From Coriobacteriia bacterium (GTDB lineage Bacteria; Actinomycetota; Coriobacteriia; Coriobacteriales; Eggerthellaceae): a stretch of 64,000 nucleotides of DNA. Shown here piece after piece: positions 1 to 8,318 of the stretch (position 1 is its first letter; every line of letters begins with the position of its first letter). Where the stretch lies: the NCBI GenBank assembly GCA_030523425.1, contig JAUNIP010000003.1, forward strand, positions 11,245 to 75,244, given 5' to 3'. The position numbers and the translations under genes are program-made. The notes under the pieces were generated by a model. The model had not been told where the DNA came from. It made no database searches and saw nothing but the letters and a program-made list of their open reading frames with translations.

Positions 1-335
1 TCGAAATACCGCAGCCACAGCGTGTGGGCGTAGTTTAGGCAGTATTCGATGCTGGAACCTTCAGGTGCCGGGATTTGCGCACACAGCCGGCCAATGTCTT
101 TGTGGACCATTTCGAAGCAGCTGTACAGCAGCTCTTCTTTGTTGCGGAAGTACTTGTACACCAGCGTTTCCGAAACACCTACGGCAGCGGCAACCTTTTT
201 CAAGGTGAGCCCATACAGCCCTTCTTCGGCAACCAGATGGAACGTTGCTTCCATCAACTCTTCTTGCCGATTTGCCACTGCTTTCCTTCTTTCGGGGTGT
301 CGGTCGATTGTGCGCACACACAGCATGGTTGGCAT
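1..335 (-). CDS. TetR/AcrR-family transcriptional regulator (partial; C-terminus lies beyond the left window edge)
   Basis: Absent from the ORF track because it is open at the window edge. Manual minus-strand translation gives MPTMLCVRTIDRHPERRKAVANRQEELMEATFHLVAEEGLYGLTLKKVAAAVGVSETLVYKYFRNKEELLYSCFEMVHKDIGRL..., with no stop down to position 1. This is a typical TetR_N helix-turn-helix. Start codon (335 or 326) is uncertain. Confidence 0.7.
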   Translation of the reverse strand, partial: MPTMLCVRTIDRHPERRKAVANRQEELMEATFHLVAEEGLYGLTLKKVAAAVGVSETLVYKYFRNKEELLYSCFEMVHKDIGRLCAQIPAPEGSSIEYCLNYAHTLWLRYF

Positions 336-443
336 GCGAACGCCAACCATGCTAGCACAAATGGATTCCAATTCATCAAATGGGGTAAAAAGCTTTTTTG
401 AGGCTATCTACAAGCCACAGGCGAACTTCCCCTGTTCAGCTAC

Positions 444-815
444 TTATTTTTCTTCGTCCAAAATGGGCGCAGAAGGAGCATTCCTCTTGATGGAGGCAAT
501 GCCGTTCAGGCAGCTCTTCTTGAACTTGTAGCCCTGGGAAGACGCGATGATTTCGCCGTTGTGGGCCTTCAGATGGAAGCGGAAGGCGCCGCCTTTGTCC
601 TTGAACACCTCGTACTTGGGGTTCTTCAGCTGCGGATAGCCGGTGTAGGTTTGGTCTTCCACTTCAGCGGTGCAGTTGGTGCGCACGCTTTCGCAGCCCG
701 CCACGCAGCTGGAGTGGCTGGTGTACACCTGGCTGGTGGCAACCACTTGGCCGTTGGCGGCCTTCAGCACAAAGTGAGTGCCGGCATCGGTTTCCTTGAT
801 AACAAACTTTCCCAT
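444..815 (-). CDS. YegP/DUF1508 tandem-domain protein (UPF0339 family)
   Basis: 123-aa ORF with two copies of the YegP-type repeat (GTHFVLKAANGQVVATSQVYTSHSSCVAGCESV and AFRFHLKAHNGEIIASSQGYKFKKSCLNGIASI). Confidence 0.8.
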   Translation of the reverse strand: MGKFVIKETDAGTHFVLKAANGQVVATSQVYTSHSSCVAGCESVRTNCTAEVEDQTYTGYPQLKNPKYEVFKDKGGAFRFHLKAHNGEIIASSQGYKFKKSCLNGIASIKRNAPSAPILDEEK

Positions 816-936
816 GAATCGTCCTTTCCATAGTGCGGTTAGCGTTGGTAAATGTTTACTAACCTATGTCATGTGGTATTATAAATTCTGTGGCCTCGTT
901 GTCAATTTTATTCGTAGTGAAAAAGGAGACATTCCC

Positions 937-1212
937 ATGGACCAGATTTTGAACTTGCTGAAAATGATCCCCCAGGAACAGATTGAGAAATTCATCAAGG
1001 ATGCAATCGGCGTTTCTTCCGAAGACGATGCCAACGGCTTGGCGTCGAAGTTCGACTTGGGCGATTTGTCGCCGGAACACATTCAGTCCCTGATTAACTT
1101 CCAGGGCGCAGAAGGCGAAGGTGAAGGTGAAGGTGGCGGCCTGGATTTGAGCGCCTTGGGTGACCTGGGTGACCTGGGCAACATGCTAGGCGGCCTGTTC
1201 GGCAAGAAGTAA
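937..1212 (+). CDS. Small acidic hypothetical protein (91 aa)
   Basis: In-frame ATG at 937 preceded by AAAAGGAG (921-928). Product is acidic, with an EGEGEGEGGG tract and a GDLGDLGNMLGGLFGKK tail. No family recognised. Followed by a strong terminator. Confidence 0.5.
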   Translation: MDQILNLLKMIPQEQIEKFIKDAIGVSSEDDANGLASKFDLGDLSPEHIQSLINFQGAEGEGEGEGGGLDLSALGDLGDLGNMLGGLFGKK

Positions 1213-1240
1213 GTTGCGCTTACAACGTTATTAGAAGCAG

Positions 1241-1269
1241 AAAAGCGCCCCGCGGGGCGCTTTTCTTTG
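1241..1269 (+). terminator. Rho-independent terminator
   Basis: Perfect 10-bp stem AAAAGCGCCC / GGGCGCTTTT with a CGCG loop, then a T-rich tail, directly after the stop at 1212. Confidence 0.75.
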
Positions 1270-1353
1270 TGCAAATGTCCGGAATGCGCGGTTGTGCTTG
1301 CTGGTGGTAGGATACCTAGGTACGAACTTGCGGATTGAAGCGAAGGTTTCTTC

Positions 1354-2223
1354 ATGAATTGGATTGTTGCAGCGGCGGCTTCGGCGTTTTTCGCGGGCAT
1401 TGTTTCCATCTTGGCGAAGCTGGGCGTGAAGACCACCGATTCCGACGTGGCCACCGCCCTGCGCACCACGGTGGTGCTGGTGCTGGCGTGGTTTGTGGCG
1501 GCTGTCACCGGCGCGCTGGGCGGCATTGGCGCCATCCAACCCTACACGTGGCTGTTCTTGGTGCTTTCGGGCCTGGCCACGGGCGGGTCGTGGATTTGCT
1601 ACTTCAAGGCGCTTTCCTTAGGCGACGTGAACAAGGTGACGCCCATCGACAAAAGCAGCGCCGTGTTGGCCACGCTGCTGGCTATAGTGCTGTTCGGCGA
1701 AACGGCACACTTGGCGGTGAAGCTGGTGTGCGCGGCCGTCATTTTGGTGGGCACGTTCATGATGATAGAACGCAAGGACGCCACCCCGGTGGAAGGCCGC
1801 GCGTCGTGGCTGGTCTATGCGGTGTTGGCCGCCGTGTTCGCCGCGCTCACCAGCATTTTGGGCAAGGTGGGCATAGACGGAGTGGATTCCAACCTGGGCA
1901 CCGCTATTCGCACCACGGTGGTGCTGGCTATGGCGTGGGCCATTGTGTTTGGGAAGGGAAAGGGCGGCCTGGTGCGCACCACGCAGCGGCGCGAACTGGG
2001 CTTTCTGACGCTTTCGGGCCTGGCCACGGGCGCTTCGTGGCTGTTCTACTACTACGCCATCCAAACCGGCGTGGTCAGCGTGGTGGTGCAGATTGACAAG
2101 CTTTCCGTGCTGGTGTCCATAGCCTTCGCGTGGATTGTGCTGCACGAACGCCTGAACGCGAAGTCCGCCGCAGGCTTGGCCCTGCTGGTTGCCGGCACCC
2201 TGCTGATGACCGCCTTCGCGTGA
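1354..2223 (+). CDS. EamA/DMT-superfamily transporter
   Basis: 289 aa, hydrophobic throughout, with two internally similar halves (SILAKLGVKTTDSDVATALRTTVVL... / SILGKVGIDGVDSNLGTAIRTTVVL...) as in EamA-domain duplications. Confidence 0.8.
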   Translation: MNWIVAAAASAFFAGIVSILAKLGVKTTDSDVATALRTTVVLVLAWFVAAVTGALGGIGAIQPYTWLFLVLSGLATGGSWICYFKALSLGDVNKVTPIDKSSAVLATLLAIVLFGETAHLAVKLVCAAVILVGTFMMIERKDATPVEGRASWLVYAVLAAVFAALTSILGKVGIDGVDSNLGTAIRTTVVLAMAWAIVFGKGKGGLVRTTQRRELGFLTLSGLATGASWLFYYYAIQTGVVSVVVQIDKLSVLVSIAFAWIVLHERLNAKSAAGLALLVAGTLLMTAFA

Positions 2224-2249
2224 CGGAGCCACCCCAGCCATCTTTTTGC

Positions 2250-2293
2250 TTGACGGCCCACTTTGCTTGAAATATCATGCTTTACGTAAAGCA
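2250..2293 (+). promoter_or_regulatory. Putative promoter and palindromic operator of the RHH-PIN cassette
   Basis: TTGACG (2250-2255), a 17-nt spacer, then TATCAT (2273-2278). The 16-bp perfect palindrome TGCTTTACGTAAAGCA (2278-2293) overlaps the -10 region. AAGGAGG follows before the ATG at 2305. Confidence 0.45.
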
Positions 2294-2304
2294 AGGAGGG
2301 AATC

Positions 2305-2622
2305 ATGGCAGAGACAGTTATGCTTAATGTGCGGCTGCCGCGCGATTTGAAAGACCACGGAACGCAGGTGTTGCAGCGCAATGGCACCAATGTCACCGAA
2401 TTCGTGCGCAGCGCATTTCAGTACCTGGAAGACGAACAGCGTCTGCCTGAATATGCGCAGACCAGCGCCTGTTCTGTGTATGACCAGCGCAGGAAGAACC
2501 TTCGGCGCATTGCCGGCATGCTGGCACGGGCCGGCACGGCGGAAGGCCCGCAAGAGCCTGTTGACGCGAAGGCCCTGCGGCACGAACGCCTTGATCAGCG
2601 CTACAAGGACTACCTGTCATGA
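2305..2622 (+). CDS. RelB/DinJ-like (ribbon-helix-helix) antitoxin
   Basis: 105 aa. N-terminus VMLNVRLPRDLKDHGTQVLQRNGTNVTEFVRSAFQYL resembles DinJ/RelB RHH antitoxins. Stop overlaps the start of the PIN gene (ATGA at 2619-2622). Confidence 0.7.
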   Translation: MAETVMLNVRLPRDLKDHGTQVLQRNGTNVTEFVRSAFQYLEDEQRLPEYAQTSACSVYDQRRKNLRRIAGMLARAGTAEGPQEPVDAKALRHERLDQRYKDYLS

Positions 2623-3062
2623 AGGTGCTGTTTGACGCCTGCGTGGTGATAGACATCATGATGCGCTCCGCATGGGCGGTTGACGCGTTCGCCAGTTATG
2701 ACATCTGCCAAATCCGCCAGTATGACGTGCTGGTGCCCGTGGAATCCACTACCGACATCGCCTATGTGCTGCATCGCCGGGGCTTCAGCAAGGCGGAAAC
2801 CTGCGAAGCCCTTGCCGTCATTATGGACATGTTCACGCTGTGTGACACCATCCACGCCGATGCCCAGGCGGCCAACGAAAGCGCTATGGACGACTACGAA
2901 GACGCCCTGATAGCGTTTTCGGCCGCACGCAACGGGGTGGACCTTGTAGTCACTCGCAATGTCAAGGATTTCGCGAAGTCCCCTGTGAAGGCCATCACGC
3001 CGAAGCAGTTTGTGGAAACGTTCTGCCCGCCAGACATTTCCTATAGCGAAATAGCCTTCTGA
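2619..3062 (+). CDS. PIN-domain toxin (VapC-like ribonuclease)
   Basis: 147 aa. N-terminal MKVLFDACVVID (first acidic PIN residue), later DDYEDALIAFSA and VVTRNVKDF, which is the typical spacing of PIN acidic residues. Translationally coupled to the upstream antitoxin. Confidence 0.8.
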   Translation: MKVLFDACVVIDIMMRSAWAVDAFASYDICQIRQYDVLVPVESTTDIAYVLHRRGFSKAETCEALAVIMDMFTLCDTIHADAQAANESAMDDYEDALIAFSAARNGVDLVVTRNVKDFAKSPVKAITPKQFVETFCPPDISYSEIAF

Positions 3063-3087
3063 CGGGAACGCTCCGCCACACCCGCCG

Positions 3088-3890
3088 TTAATGGGCGCGG
3101 CGGTTCTGCAACCCGGTAAGGCCGTCCACGTAGGCGTTGCGGGCAGCTTCCTCCAAACGCATGCGCCTATTGCGCGACTCCAGCAACAAGGACGTGCCGC
3201 GCATATACCGCACGGCCGCAGTGCGCTTCCATTGCGCATGCACTATCCCTAAAAACCCCAGCCCTATCACGGGCAGCATCACAAACGAAAGGGCGTTGCC
3301 TAGCACGTGAGCGCCATAAGGCCGCGCGCGGAGTACTTGTACACTATGTCAGAACGCAGTTTGTCGGTCGTGGTCAGGCCGATTTGCCGCAGGTCGAATG
3401 TTTCTCCCGCGTAAGCAGGCGTAAAACTTACTTCTATGGGCTTGCCCGAATAGCTAATGTCAAGCAGGACAGAAACAAAACGCGTGCCCAAGAAGGTGGT
3501 GTGCCCGGCTACCACGGGCAGTTTGGTGCCGTAGATACGCGTACCGTCAATGGTTATGGAAACGCTTGCGTATCCGCAGTCGAAAAACAGCACTTGGGAT
3601 TCATCTAGCTGGGGCAGGGTGTTTTGCAAGACCAGGGTTTGCCCGGCCAGCCCTTCGCGCAACGGCGCGGTGAAGCTGCTACCGCTTTCCGCATAGGTCC
3701 AATGGGTGTCAAAGTCAAACTGTTCAGGACTGTAAGCCTTAGAATTCGTCTGGGTGGAACCCGCGGCACACGCAATAAAAACAACAATGGCCAGCAAGGT
3801 GATGCCAAACACTATGCCTTCGACCAAGTGGTATGTTTTTCTTCTATCGGTCAAGACTTCTCTTGGCTCCTTCTCAGGACGGTATAGCAA
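3088..3890 (-). pseudogene. Truncated and interrupted diguanylate cyclase remnant (sensor region, TM segment and first residues of a GGDEF domain)
   Basis: ORF 3300..3890 (TM helix plus extracytoplasmic domain) is followed, across a stop/frame change, by ORF 3088..3306. That second ORF has a TM segment and ends ...AYVDGLTGLQNRRAH-stop. DGLTGL.NRR is the canonical beginning of a GGDEF domain; the rest of the domain is absent. Confidence 0.6.
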
Positions 3891-4016
3891 AAAACAGTAC
3901 GTTCCGTGCCTGAAAGCGTAATAAACGGCTTGCGTTGCAGCGTAACAGCATTATACTAATTTCCGTATTATCCTATAATAAGATAATTCAAATTCGGGGA
4001 TTTATCAGGTAAAGCA

Positions 4017-6347
4017 ATGGCGCTCAAGACGTTAAAGGAAGGTTCCAAACTCATTTTCTCGCAAGAGACGAAGGCCCTTCGGCGCTTTGGGGTCATCGTT
4101 GTGGTGTGCGTGTTGTTCATCGTTTTGGTTGTCTTCACCGTTTCCCACTACACGTATGACACTTCGGCCACGCGTTACTTCCAACAGCAGTCCACTGATT
4201 CGCTCACCGAAGTTTCAGACCAGCTGGTCAGCGGCCTTGCCGACTCCTTAGATGCCAAGCGGGGCATCTTAACGCTAGCGGCGTATTCTTTGAACGAAGG
4301 CGACTTCGACAAGGATGGCCACTATGACGACATCGCTAAAAGCCTGACTGATGCCAACAGCACCTTAGGCAATCAATTCGACCACTTGGAAGCGCTGTAT
4401 TCCGACGGGCACATTCTCACGTCGACCGGCAACGAGTTTGACATGAGCAGCGATGAGCTTATCCAAACGTTTTTGGCCGACCCCACGCCGCCCGAACTGA
4501 GCGTAGGAAAGGTTGCCGCTGAACCGAAATCCGGACAGCGCGTGTTCTTTGTGGTTCCGTATCCCTACGCGAACAATGACGACATTGTGGGACTGATTGG
4601 CAGCTTCCCGCTTTCGGAGTTTTCGAAGCTGCTGGAAACCAACATCTTCGGCGCCATAAACAACTATGTGGTGCTTTCGCGCTCTGACGGTGCGATTGTG
4701 GCCGACAGCGATGCTGAACAGTCCATGAAACGCCCCGTGTTCGAAGTGTTCGCCAGCTTCATGGACACAGAAATGCTTACAGAGGTTAGCCAAGATTTCG
4801 CTGTGGGGAATTCGCGCACCCTAGACGTAGCGGGGCCATCCACTGAGTTTTTGCTGTATTACGCGCCCATCTATTCCGGTCAGGCAGTTGACGGCAATCC
4901 GTATGCGGCAAGCAATCTGCGCCTGATGGTGATGGTGCGCGCCGATGTGGTGCGCCAGAACATCCAAAGCCTGTTCGACGAATCGCGAACGTTGCTGTAT
5001 GCGATTTTGGCCCTGTTCGGCGTGGCGTTGGCGGGCTTTGTGCTGGTAAGCATTGCTTCTCTGGGCAGAAGTTCGCGCCTAAGCAGCACCGACGAACTGA
5101 CGGGGCTCACCAACCGCAAACGCTTCGAAAAGGACGCCAGGCTGCTGCTGCATCACAACTGGCGCTACGCGGTGGTTTCCATGGACATCAGGCATTTCCA
5201 CCTGCTAAACGACGCACTGGGGCACAGAGTTGCCGATGAGGTGTTAGCCCAGGTGGCACACATTTTGGAAGCGGCCATCAACAAGGACACCGAACTGGTG
5301 TGCCGCGACCACGCCGATTTGTTCTTGCTGCTGCTAGACAACACCCATGACGACATCTTCGCCCGCGTGAAGATGATTCAGACCGCCCTGAAGAATTGTC
5401 GCTATCCGGGAAATTCGAAGTTTGCCGTGACGTGGGGCATCTACAAGATGGACGCAGACGGCAACGTGGGCATACATGTCGCCATCGACGATGCCATTGA
5501 AGTGCAAGGCCGCGCCGGCAAAGAAGAGGGAGACGCCAACATAGTGTTTTTCGACCGCAAGCTGAAAGATAAGCACGCCCGCGAAGGGCAGCTTGAGCGC
5601 CGAGCACTTGCTGCCCTGGAAAACAACGAATTCGTGGCGTATTACCAGCTGAAGCGCGGGATGGCAACCGACGAATGGGTGGGTGCCGAAGCCCTGGTGC
5701 GCTGGATAAGCCCCGAAGAGGGCATGATTTCCCCAGGCGCGTTCATCCCGCCGTTCGAGCGCAGCGGCTTTATCACCGAAGTGGATTTGTGCGTGTTCCG
5801 CCACGTATGCGACGACCTGCAGGCGCTCTACGACGCCGGCGAAAAGATGGTGCCTGCCAGCGTGAACCTTTCGAAGCGCCACTTCGTCAGCGACACCTTC
5901 CTGGACCGATACGAAAGCATCCTTTCCAGTTACACCTTCCCGCACGAACTGATTGAGATAGAAATCACGGAATCGGTGGCCCTGGAAAACGACGACATGA
6001 TGCATGCGTGCATCGACTTCGTGCACCGCATGGGCTGCTTGTGCGCGCTTGACGACTTCGGCAGCGGGGACGCCACCTTCAACATGATCAAGGAATTCGA
6101 CTTCGACATCATCAAGCTGGACCGTTCGTTCTTCATGGGGTCGAATGGCTTTGACGACGTGGCCCGGCTGATTGTGGAATCGCTGATTGATTTGGCCCAC
6201 AAGCTGAACAAGAAAGTGGTGGCAGAAGGCATAGAAGACGAAGACCAGGTGAACTTCCTGCGCGAAGCCGGCTGCGACGTGGTCCAAGGCTTCTACTTCG
6301 CCCGCCCCCTGCCCCTGGAAGACACCCTGAAGCTGCTGAACGAATAG
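4017..6347 (+). CDS. Membrane sensor GGDEF(degenerate)-EAL protein, probable c-di-GMP phosphodiesterase
   Basis: 776 aa. N-terminal TM, periplasmic-type sensor region and a second TM. GGDEF-domain start is DELTGLTNRKRF, but the GG[DE]EF position reads RDHADLF. The EAL domain carries EALVRW, EITE, DDFGSG, KLD, EGIE and QGF motifs. Confidence 0.85.
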   Translation: MALKTLKEGSKLIFSQETKALRRFGVIVVVCVLFIVLVVFTVSHYTYDTSATRYFQQQSTDSLTEVSDQLVSGLADSLDAKRGILTLAAYSLNEGDFDKDGHYDDIAKSLTDANSTLGNQFDHLEALYSDGHILTSTGNEFDMSSDELIQTFLADPTPPELSVGKVAAEPKSGQRVFFVVPYPYANNDDIVGLIGSFPLSEFSKLLETNIFGAINNYVVLSRSDGAIVADSDAEQSMKRPVFEVFASFMDTEMLTEVSQDFAVGNSRTLDVAGPSTEFLLYYAPIYSGQAVDGNPYAASNLRLMVMVRADVVRQNIQSLFDESRTLLYAILALFGVALAGFVLVSIASLGRSSRLSSTDELTGLTNRKRFEKDARLLLHHNWRYAVVSMDIRHFHLLNDALGHRVADEVLAQVAHILEAAINKDTELVCRDHADLFLLLLDNTHDDIFARVKMIQTALKNCRYPGNSKFAVTWGIYKMDADGNVGIHVAIDDAIEVQGRAGKEEGDANIVFFDRKLKDKHAREGQLERRALAALENNEFVAYYQLKRGMATDEWVGAEALVRWISPEEGMISPGAFIPPFERSGFITEVDLCVFRHVCDDLQALYDAGEKMVPASVNLSKRHFVSDTFLDRYESILSSYTFPHELIEIEITESVALENDDMMHACIDFVHRMGCLCALDDFGSGDATFNMIKEFDFDIIKLDRSFFMGSNGFDDVARLIVESLIDLAHKLNKKVVAEGIEDEDQVNFLREAGCDVVQGFYFARPLPLEDTLKLLNE

Positions 6348-6476
6348 CGCGCCGGGGTTTCCTTTTCATTAAATACAGCTTGCTGTTGCTTGCTTTAGCC
6401 CTGTTCGGATATGATTTCAACAGGTGTGGCAATTGGGGGGATTGCCGGCTTTTGAAGACGAGAGGGGTGGCTTTGC

Positions 6477-8318
6477 GTGTCGCGGCTTCTGATTGAAAAC
6501 GGCAGCGTGATCGACAACGGCTACACCGGGTTGGGGCAGCGCATTGCCCAGCGCGTGGTGGCCATGCATGCCGAACAGTGCCCGGTAGACTTCGCGCTTT
6601 CCATGGTGCGCCTGTGCAGCGCGCAATCGTGCGGGAAGTGCACGCCGTGCCGGGTGGGCCTGTTCCAGGCGGCGCAGCTGATGGAATACATTTTGGCAGG
6701 TGCGGGCGAAGAAGAGGACCTGGAGCGGCTGCGCCAGGTGGCCCAAACCATGTTAGACGCATCTGATTGCGCCATAGGCTTCGAAGCGGGGCGCATGTTG
6801 TTGGCAGCGCTGGATTCCTTCGCTGCCGACTTTCAGGCACACGTGCAGCATGACCGCTGCGACGTGAAGCACTTCGCGTACGTGCCCTGCCAGGCCGAAT
6901 GCCCGGCGCATGTGGACATTCCGGGCTATTTAAGCCTTATTGCCGCCGGTCGCAATGCCGACGCGCTGCGGGTCATTCGCAACGACAACCCGCTGCCCAC
7001 GGTGTGCGGGTATGTGTGCGAACACCCCTGCGAGCTGAGCTGCCGGCGCGCCATGGTGGACAGCCCGGTGAACATCTGCGGGCTGAAGCGCTTTGCGGCC
7101 GACAACGCCGAAGCGCACACACCGCAGCCCAACCAGCCTTCCACTGGCAAGAAGGTGGCCATCATCGGCGGCGGCCCGGCGGGCCTTTCCGCGGCGTATT
7201 ATCTGCAGCTTATGGGGCACGCGTGCACCATCTTCGACGTGCGGCCTAAGCTGGGCGGCATGGTGCGCTATGGTATTCCGGATTACCGCCTGCCGCAGGA
7301 TAAGCTGGACGAAGACATCAACTTCATACTGGCCACGGGCGTGGAAGCGCGCACGGGCGTGGCGGTTGACGCCGAACAGTTCGCCGCCCTGATGAAGGAA
7401 TACGATGCGGCCTACGTTTCCATTGGCGCCCACACTCACAAAAGTTTGGGGATTGAAGGCGAAAACGCCCGCGGCGTGCTGAGCGCGGTGGAGTTTTTGC
7501 GCGCGGCCGGCGAAGGCGCGCCGGTGGATTTGACCGGCAAGCGTGTGGTTATTGTGGGCGGCGGCAACGTGGCCATGGACTGCACGCGCACGGCTAAGCG
7601 CTTGGGCGCGGCTTCGGTGGAATGCGTGTATCGTCGCCGCATTGCCGACATGACCGCCCTTCAGGAAGAAATTGACGAAGCATTGGCGGAAGGCTGCCAG
7701 ATTACCCAGCTGCAGGCGCCGGTGCGCATAGAGGTGGACGAGCAAGACCAGGTGACGGCCCTTATCACGCAGCCGCAGTTGATTGGCGAAGTGAAGCGCG
7801 GCCGCCCAGCGCCGGTGCCGGCGGACCTGCCTGAACAGCGCATTCCGGCCGACGTGGTGCTGGTTGCCATCGGACAGGCCATCGTGACCGAGCCCTTTGA
7901 GTTCCTGATTCCCACGGCGCGCGGGAAGTTCGTGGCGCGAGATGACGGGTCGGTGGAGCCGGTTTCGTTGATGCATGAAGGCTGCTTGGTGTTTGCCGGT
8001 GGCGACGCGGTTTCTGGGCCAGCCACGGTAATCAAGGCGGTGGCTGCCGGCAAGGTGGCCGCGGCCAACATAGACGAAGGCCTAGGCTTTGCGCATAACG
8101 TGTTCGACGAAGTGGAGCTGCCCGAACCCGCGCCTACGCTGCCCGCCACGGGTCGCGTAGAGCTGACCAGCCGCACCTTCGCGGAAGCGGCGCAGGACTT
8201 CGACATTGCCAAGCTGGGCATGACGGCCCAAGCGGCGCTGCAGGAAAGCAACCGGTGCTTGCACTGTGACCATCACGGCTTCGGCGCCGTGTGCGGAAGG
8301 GTGATGTTCAAATGGTAA
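6477..8318 (+). CDS. NAD(P)H oxidoreductase with NuoF-type 4Fe-4S module and GltD-like FAD/NAD domains (putative hydrogenase-linked diaphorase subunit)
   Basis: 613 aa. SCGKCTPCRVG (NuoF C-terminal Fe-S motif), Cys clusters CQAECPAH and CEHPCELSC, dinucleotide fold VAIIGGGPAGLSAAYYL and a second one, VVIVGGGNVAMDC. Stop overlaps the hydA start (ATGGTAA). Confidence 0.8.
   Translation: MSRLLIENGSVIDNGYTGLGQRIAQRVVAMHAEQCPVDFALSMVRLCSAQSCGKCTPCRVGLFQAAQLMEYILAGAGEEEDLERLRQVAQTMLDASDCAIGFEAGRMLLAALDSFAADFQAHVQHDRCDVKHFAYVPCQAECPAHVDIPGYLSLIAAGRNADALRVIRNDNPLPTVCGYVCEHPCELSCRRAMVDSPVNICGLKRFAADNAEAHTPQPNQPSTGKKVAIIGGGPAGLSAAYYLQLMGHACTIFDVRPKLGGMVRYGIPDYRLPQDKLDEDINFILATGVEARTGVAVDAEQFAALMKEYDAAYVSIGAHTHKSLGIEGENARGVLSAVEFLRAAGEGAPVDLTGKRVVIVGGGNVAMDCTRTAKRLGAASVECVYRRRIADMTALQEEIDEALAEGCQITQLQAPVRIEVDEQDQVTALITQPQLIGEVKRGRPAPVPADLPEQRIPADVVLVAIGQAIVTEPFEFLIPTARGKFVARDDGSVEPVSLMHEGCLVFAGGDAVSGPATVIKAVAAGKVAAANIDEGLGFAHNVFDEVELPEPAPTLPATGRVELTSRTFAEAAQDFDIAKLGMTAQAALQESNRCLHCDHHGFGAVCGRVMFKW

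Noticed and set aside
5334-6287. Long antisense or alternative-frame ORFs opposite well-supported genes (for example 5334..6287, 6930..7976, 8273..9340, 13406..14467, 29161..30147, 41647..42480, 51889..52863)
   Set aside because: These are typical shadow ORFs of high-GC DNA. Their products are low-complexity (Ala/Arg/Gly/His-rich) with no motifs, while the opposite or other frame carries clear family signatures.
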